Below are positions 15,354 through 31,998 of a stretch of DNA of 64,000 bases, piece by piece. The position numbers and the translations under genes were made by a program. Source of the stretch: the human T2T-CHM13v2.0 reference genome, Homo sapiens; NCBI RefSeq assembly GCF_009914755.1, contig NC_060926.1; one strand, given 5' to 3'. Position 1 is the first letter of the stretch. Each line of letters begins with the position of its first letter. The notes under the pieces were generated by a model. The model was not told where the DNA came from. It was given only the letters and a program-made list of their open reading frames with translations, and searched no databases.

Positions 15354-18300
15354 CTCTACAGGCTTAATGAGCTTGAAAAATAGTGTTCTAAAGAGCCGTT
15401 TATTGTAACGTAACACATTTAAAATAAATTCAAATAAATCAGAACTCCCAACAAATGTGACTGGATTACATTCTCTAGTAAAAAGAAAAAAGTAGTGCAG
15501 TTATAAAAAAAATTAATAAATAAAACAAGCCAACAAAAGACTAAAATTCAGGTATGCGCTGTTTATGAGACACATTGAAGGGTGAAAAGAAAAAAAGACA
15601 GGAAAAGATATACAAGGCAAATAGCAACTAAAACAAACCTGGATAGCTTTATCAATATCAGCCAAAAATTAAAAAATAAAAAAGCTTAAGGCAAAGACAG
15701 ATAAAATATGGTAACTCACTTTAATCAAAAGGTTAAATTCATCAGCACCACAGGAAAGGGAGAAAAAAGGTTAAACTCGGCAGGAAAATGTAATAATTCA
15801 AGTCTAAGTATAACCAATAAATTAGCCGTAAAATACATAAAACCAAAAAAATATATAACAACAACAAGAAATTGTCAAATCCACCATCACGGTAGGTGAT
15901 GTTAATGCAATTCCCTAGGTAAGCAAAACGTCAAGCAGACAGAAAGTCAGCCTAGCTTAATGAATGTATATGAAACACCACAGCTGAACACCCATCAAAT
16001 AAGAAACATGGCAAGAAGGAAGCAATTTGTGGTGGAAGCAGAAGCTTGAATGGATGCAGAGGGGTAAAGGAGGCCAGTAAAGGCAAAACACTGGCAGGGT
16101 TGGGAATGAGCAGGTGCTATACTCGCAGAGAAAGCCTGCAAATGGGGAGAGGAGTGAGGGTATGGAACACACATGAGGAGGGCAGTGGGGCCAGGGTAAT
16201 GATGGAGCACTGGGGTAAAAATTAAAGAACAATCCATTTCCTAGGAACCTTCCCTGGTTCCTGCTCTTCCTGAGACCTGGCTGTTAAGCTAATTCTGGGT
16301 CACCTTGCAAACAAGTATCCATTCTTGAAGTAACTGAAATGATCCTCTGCTCATTACAACCCAAATAACTAACCAGTTAAATAATGCAGTTTCCTTGTTG
16401 CAGCTGTCAATAGGGTTAAAGTTCTGCTGGAATCGGGGTCCCCACACAGACATTCTACACAGCTGCTATTCTTGGGCAACTGTGGCATGCAAGCATTCCC
16501 TCCTTCCCTCCACAAATGTTCACTGAGTAACTACTTTGAGCAAGGTACTGTGATAATTTCAAATGGCTTAAAAGAAACATTTTAGATAATACTCTATTTT
16601 CTTTATGGTCTTGACAGAATACCAAAGAACTGCTTATGATTTTCATTGAGACAGCCTGAAGGACTTTAAAATTGAGTTTCTAAAAGACTTTTGGCAGAGT
16701 ATTTGGTTGAAAATTTAGGTAACTAAAAATGTAGGTTTGTATTTCTCACTTCAAAATGAAGACCTCTAACTCAGAAAAAACCAATATTGTTGCTATAACA
16801 GTGTATGAATTGTAATTTTTTAAACTGGTGGTAAAAATCCAGATGTAAAATATAATTTTTAAAGGGTACTTAAAAAACTGTTGCACAAATTATTTTCTGC
16901 AATGATACAGAAGAATTGCATTTGAACGTATTTTTGACCATGAGAGACAAGCCAGTACCTAATATGTGATGTATCTGGGAAACAAACAAAAAAAACACAA
17001 AACACCCTGAAACAAAAAACCCCAAACCCAAAGCAAAAACAAAACTCTCAGCTTTTATTTAGAAAACACATCAACCATATGCAAACAGAGATAATTTATA
17101 GCAGCCTTCTGTATGTATACAAGAAACACTCCAAGTCAAACTAGTGATATAAAAATCATAAAGAAGGTAAGGCAAGGCAGATAGAAATATTTTAAATGCT
17201 CATATGAAGAATTTAAGGCCTCAAACGTGTCTTCAATCAGTTGTCATAAGAGGAACCTTCTACAATTCAAAGAAACCTTGTCCTTGAAGATCATATGACA
17301 AAAAGGTAGTTCATCACTGTGTAGAAAGTACTAAAAAGTGATTAAAATTGTATTCAATGAAGAAAATCTTGATTTAGTATGATAACTATGGAAGAAATTG
17401 GAATAATCTCAGATCCTTTTTATGATACTCAGTCCATTCTCCGCATATATTTGTTACAATTACTACATTCCAGACTCTGTGTGAAGTTCTGGAGATATTC
17501 AGACCCTGTCCTCACTTAGCTTACAGTTTAGTTTTAACATTGTACAATCACTGTCAGAATGGAGGAAGGTGCAGCCACTCAACTAGGAGGCAACTGTCCT
17601 GGGCGGAACTCACATCATTCAAGAACTGATATCACTGGACAGCATCATGTGACACAACACGTCGTCAAGAGTGAAGACTCTGTATTACCACAGCAGAGAG
17701 ACTGGATAACCAGGTATGATGCCACTTATACGCTGATGTGTTTATCTGTGCCAATCATGACTCCCCTTGATCAGGAATAACTCCAACCCCTTTCTCTTAA
17801 AGGTTAATTTCTCCAAATTGCTACAGTATTTTGTCACATTCACTCTACTTCATAGTTCCTGCTTTTATCAGTAAGTCACTTTTTGTCTACCCCTGTGGAA
17901 CATTAAAATTTATGGGGAGTTTAAAAAACAAAAATTGATGCCTGGATTCCCTCCCTGGAGAGGCTGGTTTAACTGACTCTAAAGGGCAACCAGGGTTGAG
18001 AATCTCTCTCATCCATATTTCCACAATATTTTATGCTAGCCAGAGTCTTAAAATTCTCCTTTCACTCTTATACTATTAGCTTCTTTGCTGCAGAACTCTT
18101 AACCAGCATCTTTACATTTTCTTTTCTTTGAACTGTCTTGTTTAAAATCTTAAGGAGTGTCCAACAGAAAAATGGACAAAGGACCCATGGCTGGCAACTC
18201 ACAAAAGAAACACAAATAACTAACAAACATCTGGAAAACATTCAACATCTCCTCTTGTAATCAAACATGAAAACATTTAACATCTCTCAACTAGTAATGT

Positions 18301-18421
18301 GTTCGTTAAAAATCCAGGAAATAGGCCTTTTTCATACACTGTGAGTAGGAGTGTATTTCAGAAGAACTTTTATGAAGGCAAATAGGCAATATATTTCAAA
18401 AGTTTAAAAAATGTTATTTCC

Positions 18422-18730
18422 AGCCAGGTATGGTGTCTCACGTCTGTAATCACTGCACTTTGGGAGGCCAAGGTGGGCAGATAGCTTTAGGTTAGGAGTT
18501 CGAGAGCAGCCTGGGCAACATGGCGAGACCTTGTCTCAACCAAAAATAAAATATAAAAATTAGTTGGGCATGGTGGTATGCACCTGTAGTCCCAGCTACT
18601 CAGAAGGCTGAGGTGGGAGGATTGATTGAGCCTGGAAGGTCAAGGCTGCAGTGAGCTGCGATCGCAACACTGCATTCCGGCCTGGGTGACAGAACTAGAC
18701 CTTGACTCAAAATAAAACAAAACAAAAACA
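18422..18730 (+). mobile_element. AluJ inside an old L1M fragment
   Basis: Alu dimer; flanking repeat aatgttatttc. Confidence 0.85.
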
Positions 18731-19199
18731 AGAATGTTATTTCCTTTGGCCTAGAAATTCCAGCTCTAGGAATTTACCTAAGGAAACAGACATGAGTCCA
18801 AAAGATAAGTGTTCAAAGAAGTTCATCATAGCAAACAGAACCAACTTAAAAGTATTTATTTAGGGCACTGAATCAACAAATTTTTGTATCTCTACGTAAC
18901 AGAGTATTAAATGGCCACAAAAATGCTGGGGCTGAGATTGAGGGTGGCAGAGAAGGTATGAGGTTTACTGAGCTCCTTGCCTGTACAGACACATTTTTCC
19001 TCTTGCACAAACATATACTTAGACATGACAGATATACATACATATGGGGATGCAAAATTGCATAAGAGGACATAAAAGAGGGATTACAAATGGGAGACGA
19101 AACAAAAAAAATAGGCTAAACTGAAATAAGAAAAGGAGGCTTGGTGAGTAAGATGCAGAATAGGGACTTTACAAAGAAGATGCAAGAAACTAAAAGGAA

Positions 19200-20005
19200 A
19201 AGCAGTGTTGCTGTTATGGAAAACAATATGGTGGGTCCTCAAAAAAATTAAACATAGAATTACCATATGATCCAGCAATCCCACTTTTGGGTATATACTC
19301 AAAAGAACTGAAAACAGGGGCTCAAACAGGTATTTGTATTCCCATGTTAATAGCAGCATTGTTCACAATACCCAAAGGTAGAAGCAACCCAAATGTCCAC
19401 TGATAGATGAATAAACAAAATGTGTAATGTACATAAATGGAGTATTTTTCAGCCTTAAAAGGAAGAAAATTCTGAAACATGCTACAACATGGATAAACTT
19501 TGAAAATATTATGCTAAGTGAAGTAAGCCAGTTACAAAGACTCCACCTATATGAGATACTTTGACTCCAATTATACATATGGTAGACTGTTCCACAGGTT
19601 ACAGAGGCTCTGTGCATTTTTTCTTTATGCTTAAATTTAGATAATCTCTATTACTATGTCTTCAAGTTCACTTACCCTTTCTTGAGGACGTTATGCTAAG
19701 TGAAATAAGTAAGTCACATAACGGCAAACACTGCATAATTCCACTTATATAATGTACCTAAAGTAGTCAAATTCATAGGGATAGAAAGTAGAATAGTAGT
19801 TGCCAGGGGCTGAGGGGAGGAGGGGATAGGGAGTTATTGTTTAATAAGAACATCATTTCCATTTAGGAAGATGAAAAAAGTTTTGGAAATGATTAGTGGT
19901 GATGTTTGTAAAAAAATGTGGATGTACTTAATGCCAATGAATTGTAAATTAAAAATGGTAAATGTTATATTATGCATATATAATAAAAATTGCAGGTCTG
20001 AAAAA
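19200..20005 (+). mobile_element. L1MA/MB 3' end containing a foreign ~120-bp insert (19563-19683)
   Basis: ccatatgatccagcaatcccact and the 3'UTR motifs; the motif ttatgctaagtgaa occurs twice, once on each side of the insert. Confidence 0.8.
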
Positions 20006-21148
20006 AATTCTAAAGGACAATAATACTAAGTACTCTGATATTGATAATTGCAATATTAGCTTTGTTTTCTTTTTCAAGGAAATCGGTCCTTACTAGCACT
20101 TTTGAACACTTTGTCTCTTGCAAATCCAGTACATGTCAAACTTCTGAAATGCTACTCAAAACTTCACAATAACACAATGTGTTAGTACTTGAGAGCCAAA
20201 AGGTAAAAACTTTAATCCTGGCTCCAATCTTAATTAGGTATTAGCTGGGGGAAAATCAGTTAATTCTTTCTAGACTTGTGCTTCCTATATTTAACATGAA
20301 CAGGGTGGTCATTTCAACACAAAAATGAACTCAAGTTTCTTTGCTACTCTGATATTCTCTAGTTCCACAGTCTCTAAGTCCCCGACAACACTTTACACAT
20401 TATAAATATCTTTGTTACATGGGTGGTTGAGCTTTGTGTAGTTTTTTTTTTTCCCCTAAGAATGCTGTATTGGTATATGGAAGATTCTATTTTGTATTTT
20501 AACATTCTTTTTTATGTTTATATCTTCTGTCATTTCATTGCCTCCAGTTAATATTTGTAAATTTTTTGAGCTAAATTTGTCATTAGCGTCTCCATTACAA
20601 TTATGAAAGAATACCTGTATTTTTTCTTAAATCTCAAAACAAAATTAGGATTTTTTCCCTTAGAGAGAATTTGACTATCTCTTAATTATTTGATACCATT
20701 TATTTTGATTTTTAAGGAATATAACCGCCCCTGCCCCCCCAATAAAAGTAGTAAGCATGGAATGCTTTTGTTCCATAAGATGGGATTCTTTCCAAGGACT
20801 CTACCTTCTAGGTCTTGTCAATGTGGGAAAATAAAGTTTCAACATTAGTGTTTCCTTATAAAAGATCAGAGAGTGAATGCTTGATTCATGCCCACTTTAC
20901 TAAACAGTTGTTTCCAACTATTTTAGCCCCTAAATATTTCTTTAAGCTTTTTCCTCTTTTTGATTCCCAGCACTACTGTCCTAGTTCGCACCATCATCAA
21001 CATTTGTGAATACTACTGTTTTACCTTTCAAATAGGTCTTCCTGTCTTCAAGAAGAATGCCTTTGATGCCTTTAAAACATTGGCTTCTTTTAAATCTGAC
21101 TTTAGCACTAAGTGAACTATGTGAAATATAAATCTGGCTGTCATTCTT

Positions 21149-22034
21149 TTTTTTTGCCTTTAATCAGTTTATTTTTATTTTTTATTTTTTTAATTATTAT
21201 TATACTTTAAGTTTTACGGTACATGTGCACAATGTGCAGGTTAGTTACATATGTATACATGTGCCATGCTGGTGTGCTGCACCCATTAACTCGTCATTTA
21301 GCATTAGGTATATCTCCTAATGCTATCCCTCCCCCCTGCCCCCACCCCACAACAGTCCCCAGAGTGTGATGTTCCCCTTCCTGTGTCCATGTGTTCTCAT
21401 TGTTCAGTTCCCACCTATGAGTGAGAATATGTGGTGTTTGCTTTTTGTTCTTGCGATAGTTTACTGAGAATGATGATTTCCAATTTCATCCATGTCCCTA
21501 CAAAGGACATGAACTCATCATTTTTTATGGCTGCATAGTATTCCATGGTGTATATGTGCCACATTTTCTTAATCCAGTCTATCATTGTTGGACATTTGGG
21601 TTGGTTCCAAGTCTTTGCTATTGTGAATAGTACCGCAATAAACATAAGTGTGCATGTGTCTTTATAGCAGCATGATTTATAGTCCTTTGGATATATACCC
21701 AGTAATGGGATGGCTGGGTCAAATGGTATTTCTAGTTCTAGATCCCTGAGGAATCGCCACACTGACTTCCACAATGGTTGAACTAGTTTACAGTCCCACC
21801 AACAGTGTAAAAGTGTTTCTATTTCTCCACATCCTCTCCAGCACCTGTTGTTTCCTGACTTTTTAATGATTGCCATTCTAACTGGTGTGAGATGGTATCT
21901 CATTATGGTTTTGATTTGCATTTCTCTGATGGCCAGTGATGATGAGCATTTTTTCATGTGTCTTTTGGCTGCATAAATGTCTTCTTTTGAGAAGTGTCTG
22001 TTCATATCCTTTGCCCACTTTTTGATGGGGTTGT
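21149..22034 (-). mobile_element. 5'-truncated young L1 (L1PA3-like) with open ORF2 C-terminus
   Basis: ORF 21415-22068 = ORF2 C-terminus ([18 protein letters not shown]); 3'UTR TTAGGAGATATACCTAATGCTAAATGACGAG; 16-bp TSD tctggctgtcattctt at 21133-21148 and 22035-22050. Confidence 0.93.
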
Positions 22035-22803
22035 TCTGGCTGTCATTCTTGTACTTTGAGCCCTTCACTGGTTTCCAGGGCCTAAAGAATAAAACCTAAG
22101 CACCTCAGCATGGCTGATTAGGCCTTTCATCACCACTGTATATCCTGATGTTCTAAGACCCAAGGGTTGCTGCCTCAGCAGATACCATGCAAGCCATATG
22201 TGCCTCAGCACATACCACACAAGCATATCCATGATTTTGCTTCTGTGTGTAACCCCAAGTGGTGGAATGTCTTCCTTCCCCTTTTTTTCTGGGTTACCAC
22301 CTGCTTATTTTTGAAAATTTGGCTCGGGGGCATCTCTTCTAGGAAGTTTTCCCTGTTCTCTCGCATAACCTGCAGGCACTTACCATGTCATACTATAATA
22401 ATCTCTTTTTGAGTCTGCCTTCTTCTCTGGACTGTAAATTCCCCAAGAGCAGTGCTATGGTTCAAATGTTTGTTCCCTCCTAAACTCCTGTTGAAATTTA
22501 ATTGCCAGTGAAATGGCACTGGGAGGTGAGACTTTTAAGTGGAGTTTAGGTCATGAGAGCTCTGTTCTCATGAATGGATTAATGCCATTATCATGGGAGT
22601 GGGTTTGTTATCAAGGGAGTGAGTTCCTAATAAAAGGACAAGTTTAGCCCCCTTTTACCTCTCTCTCTTCCCCTCAACCTGCTTTATTCTTCTACCATGG
22701 AATGATATAGCAATCTCACCAGATGCCCTTGATCTTGGACTCTCCATTGTGGAGAGAACCACGAGCCAACACATTTCTGTTCGTTGCAAATTATCCAGTC
22801 TTA

Positions 22804-26264
<3,461 letters not shown>

Positions 26265-26313
26265 AAATCACCCAGTCTTAGGTATTCTGTTATGGCAGCA
26301 CAAAAGGGACTAA

Positions 26314-26653
<340 letters not shown>

Positions 26654-26879
26654 TCCTAACTGCAGTATTCTTAGTGTTTAGCACACTATAAGTATTTCAG
26701 CATTATAAACAAGTCATCAAAATACTAGAGCAAAACTCATCACAAAGTCCACCTTACTTTGTTCTCCTTAGGTTACAGACATGAAAAGCCTAAGGCACAG
26801 AGAGCTGGCAAAGGAATGGATTGCTAAAGGGACTGCTTTGTAATAGTACACAGTAGGTGCTCTTTCTTTGTCATATGCA

Positions 26880-27015
26880 ATTTTTTTTTTTTTTAAGAGA
26901 CAGAGTCTCATCACCCTGTTACCTAGGCTGGTCTTAAACTCCTGGGTTCAAACAATCCTCCCACATCGGCCTCCCAAAGTGCTGGGATTACAGGCATGAG
27001 CCACTGCACCCAGCC
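26880..27015 (-). mobile_element. Alu monomer (FLAM-like)
   Basis: Single arm with a T-run. Confidence 0.75.
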
Positions 27016-27404
27016 ATAATTTTTTAATGTATATTTTCATTAAAGGGACATACCAAATTTCCCATGAATGATTACTTTTGATATTAGGGAATACAGTTGA
27101 CACAACTATGTTTAACAAAATACTAATTTAATAAATGATTGGTAACTGATAAGCAACTTTTCAGACCAATTTAAGAAGCAGAAAGAATAATGAAGGATAT
27201 TATATTCCTCGAATACTGGGAAAGCATGATACTTTTTGGATCAATATTCCTTTTTTAGTTTTTGAAAATGTGACTGTAAAAGAGATTTCTCTGTTCTAAA
27301 TATGACAAGCCAAGAGGCTTCTTGACTCTGTAACCTGTGTCCCAGTTACAAAGTACTCTATTATGTCAAACAAATACAAACTTTGATAGGTACAGTATAA
27401 CTCT

Positions 27405-27702
27405 CTTTTATTTTTTTATGTTTAACAGGGTCTCACTCTGTTGTCCAGGCTGAAGTACAGTGTACAATCGAGGCTCACTGTAGCCTCAACCTCTGGGTCT
27501 CCAGCGATCCTCCCACCTCAGCCCCCCAGTAGCTGGGACTACAGGCTCACACCACTACGCCCAGCTAATTTGTGTATTTTTTGCGGAGACCGGGTTTTGC
27601 CATGTTGCCCAGGCTAGTCTTAACTCCTGAGCTCAAGCGATCCACCCGCTTGGCTTCCCAAAGTGCTGGGATTATAGGCTTGAGCCACCACTATGCCTGG
27701 CC
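27405..27702 (-). mobile_element. AluJ
   Basis: Antisense Alu dimer; flanking ataact repeat. Confidence 0.85.
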
Positions 27703-28084
27703 ATAACTTTTTTTTTTTAAGTAATCTAGGTCCAATGCTTCATCCGCTTTGGATCTAAAAGCTTCTAAATTCACTTATTCCACTATCCAATTAAACCTTT
27801 TGAAAATTAGGCACTCATTTCCTGATTTGGCAGGATTAAGCTTAGATGCTTGGGTGAACACGAGTCTTATCTCTCAAGCCATCACTTTTAATTGGCAGCA
27901 TGTAAAAAGATAACACAGAGTTTTAGTTGACATCAGAGTCTATTGCTATGGAAATATAAACATAGGTTTGTATTAAGCATGTCTCAAAGCAAGTTTTAGG
28001 ACTGCAGAGAGACTTGAAGAGAGACAGGAAGTCAATTTTATTAAAAATTTATCCTTTAAATGTTGTAGTGCCCTAGGAGGTCAG

Positions 28085-29025
28085 ACCCTCAGTGATCTCA
28101 TCCAGCCTCATGGCTTTAAATACCATTGATACACTGATGACTCTGAAATTTATATCTCCGGGTTGGACCTCTCCTTTGAGATCCAAACTCTTGTATCTAT
28201 TTTCTTCACCTCCTCAATTTGATATCTAGTAGGTACCTCAACCCTCCCAATTCCACTCTGTGCTCCTGATACAGCCCTCTCCCACCCAACTTTCTCTGCA
28301 TACAATCTTCTGCGTTTTCATAGAGGTCAACTTCCACTAATCCTGTCAACTCTACCCCAAAAATATAATAGAAAGATGCTTTCTCTCCACTTCACTGCTT
28401 TCAAGCTACCATCATTTCTTGCCTAGATTGTTGGGATTGACTCTGAATTTGTGTCCCTGCTTCTGTATTTGCCTTCCCCTTCATGCTATTTATTCTCATA
28501 TAGCCCTTGGAGAGATCCTATTATAATCAAAATAAGATTATGTCACTCCCCTGCTCAAATCCTCCACTAGCTTTTCATCTCATCCAAAGTATGACTCAAT
28601 GTCCTTTAATCACTGATTGCTGTCTCCTGACTCTTTTTTTCTTCTTCATCCATACTGGACTCCATGTTCTTCACTGAATACGGCCTTTGAGTACACTATT
28701 CCTTCTGCCTGGAATGCTCTTCCCTCAGATTATGACTTGTTTTCTTTCCTCCTTTAGGTCTTTACTCTAAATAACCTTTTCAGTGAGGCTTTCTGAAGCC
28801 AGTAATCTAAACTTCCTATTCCCATCCCTCCTTACATGTTTAATTTTTCTCCTTAGCTTTTACCTAACTTACTATGTAATTAACTTATTTCTACTGATAC
28901 TGTCTTACTAGAATGTAAACTTCATGAGGCAGGGATTTTTGTCTGTGTTTTCACTGCTGTATCCTCTGCACATCAGGAAGTGCCTGGCACATAGTATAAA
29001 TTCAATAAATATTTCTTGAATGAAT
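28085..29025 (+). mobile_element. L2 3' region
   Basis: catggctttaaataccat, ccttctgcctggaatgctcttccc, gtgcctggcacatagt...aataaatatttcttgaatgaat terminus. Confidence 0.75.
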
Positions 29026-29746
29026 AATTAAAAAAATGGGTGATACAGGTCATAAAAAATAAGGTTTACTAATGAAAACATGATTAACAAAGGCCTATGA
29101 GCCTAACGTCTAAAAATATTCACACATTGTTGTTTTGTTGTGGAAATCTGTCTTTGGAAAATCTTTGACTTTATATCCCATAAGACCAGGGTTGATTCCT
29201 TGTATCTTTGTAATGTGTAACTTTAGAGATGAGTGTTCAAGAAGGAAGAGGATGATGAGAAAAATATAAGTGAGTATTAAATAATTTCAATTGTTTGCCA
29301 TGCTGTATGAGCTAATGATTTTTAAAAATTATTACTACATACGACTTACTATTCATAGCTGACTGAAATTAGAAATGAAAAAAAAGGTTATTCATTGATT
29401 GAATTAGCAGTGTCTGGCACACAGTAATGTAATATATAAAGTAAGTTGGGCTTGGATGCCATCTAAAAGGGCTTAGTTATTGAAGCAGTTTTATTTCTGA
29501 AGTGATACTAAAGAATAGGCATGCGTGTCCAGGCTAGTTACAGTTAAATTTAGGAATAAGGCACAGTAATAAAGATACTATCTTTAGACTTGAAAATTAT
29601 AAATCCTTAGTTGTTATTCCTTATCAGTTTATAAAGTTAACAATGAATGTACAGACTACAAGCTATCAAATGTACTGTAGATGAAAAGGGCAATAAACAC
29701 TAGTCAGAGTTAGAGGTAGAATGATATAATGGAAAGGTACGAATTG

Positions 29747-29905
29747 GGGCCAGGCACGGTGGCTCACGCCTGTAACCCCAGCACTTTGGGACACCAAGTA
29801 GGAGGATCGCTTGAGCCCAGGGGTTCAAGACCAGCCTGGGCAATATAGCGAGAGCCCATCTTTAACAAAATAAAAAATAGAAAATATATATTTAAAAAAA
29901 TAAAA
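29747..29905 (+). mobile_element. Alu monomer (FLAM-like)
   Basis: Single left arm plus A-rich tail. Confidence 0.8.
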
Positions 29906-30115
29906 AAGAAAGGTTAAGGATTGGGAGACCTGGGTAGTAGCCTTTACTAGCCACTTACTAGCCAGTAAGTAACCACTTACTGGCTGTGTGATTTGGAGTA
30001 AGTCATTGAAGCTCTCTTCCTTATCTCACTTGTAAAATGTGAGGATAGAATGATAGGCTTCAAAGAGTCTCTGAGAACTAAATATTGTAGGATTTTTTAC
30101 TTCAAGCTTAACCAC

Positions 30116-30620
30116 TGTGGTAGCAAAAATAACATACTCTCTGCTCCCCTCTCCCAAAGTATGTCCACATCCAAATCCCCAGAATTTGTGAATATGTTGT
30201 TACGTGGCAAGGGGAAATTAAGGTTCCTAATAAGTCACCATAAAATAAAGAGATTATTCTGAATTATCTGGTTGTGCCTAATGTAATCACAAGAGTTCTT
30301 ATAATGTAGAAGAGGGAGCCAGAAGACTGGGGATCAGAGTGATGTAATGTGAGAAAGACCTGAACAACCATTGCTGGCTCTGAAGATGGAGGAAGGGGCC
30401 ACGATGAGCCAAGGATGTGGGCAGCCTCTGGAAGGTGGAAAAGGAAAGAAAACAGATCCTCCTCTAGAGTCTCCAGAATGGAGCCCAGCCCTGCTGACAC
30501 CTTGATTTTAGCCCAGTGAGACCTGTATCAGACTTCTGACCTCCAGAACAGTAAAAAAATAAACTTGCGTTAATTATTAAATTTGGTAATTTGTTACAGC
30601 AGCAGTAGATAACTAATATA
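30116..30620 (+). mobile_element. MLT1 (MLT1C/D-like) MaLR LTR
   Basis: tgtggtag start; cagccctgctgacaccttgattttagcccagtgagacc; ggtaatttgttacagcagca end. Confidence 0.82.
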
Positions 30621-31143
30621 ATCATGATACTAACTGTAACTAGAAAAGTTGCACCCAAGTTTATCACAGATGCAGGGTTTTAAATGAAAATCCTATACGC
30701 AGATTTTTGTAAAGATCTTCAGTGTCATAAGTAACGAGAGATCATGAAAAGTTTGTTGAAAAGCTGTGGGAATTAGCAGAGAGAGTCTATATGGGAATAC
30801 AGTTTTTACTAATGATTTTTTACTGATGATTTTACTAATGATTTTGCTAATCATCAGTAAAATTTTTACTAGTGATTTTGCTAATCATCAGTAAAATTTT
30901 TACTGATTCATGTGAAGAGAAGAAACTTGGATATTTTATGAAGGAAAGAATATGGCCAAGAGGAGAAATTCTTCTCTGGGCTTCAGTTTATTTATCTAAA
31001 AACTGAAGGACTAGAATAAATAATTTCCAAATTTTTCTAGCTCTGAAATAAGACTTTAAAACCCTGACGGATGCTAAAATGGGCCTTTGACACCACTCCC
31101 CTACCCCACCCCACAAAGTACTATAGTTATTTTTAGTATCTGA

Positions 31144-31602
<459 letters not shown>

Positions 31603-31827
31603 TAGCTTGGTGGATTTCCCATGGAATGAATCATTTTAGATGAAGGTTTATTCCTTTATGTAACTCAACTTTATGAATTTTTGATGAAACTTTTTCTAAA
31701 GTGAAATACATGCTCTATTTTTATACAAAATTTAGTAAGTACCATATAACCTTTTCTTGAAAAGAGTCATCACCAGTAAAATCAATTGCTATATTGTGTT
31801 GTAAACACAGTAATGTTCTTTCTACAC

Positions 31828-31998
31828 AGATGTCTGCAAACTATGGCCTGCAGGATGTTCTTGTAAGGCTTGGGAGGTAAGAATGGTTTTTACATTTAAA
31901 AAATGTTGTTAAAAAAAATGTGACCTTGACCACATACGGCTTGCAAAGCCTAAAATATTTACTATCTGGCCCTTTACAGAAAAGTTTACTTACTCTTG
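31828..31998. mobile_element. MER58-like hAT MITE
   Basis: gcaaactatggcctgc...aaagcctaaaatatttactatctggccctttacagaaaagttt. Confidence 0.75.

Noticed and set aside
21415-22068. Longest ORF in the window (217 aa)
   Set aside because: C-terminus of L1 ORF2 in a 5'-truncated copy; it has no promoter or real start.
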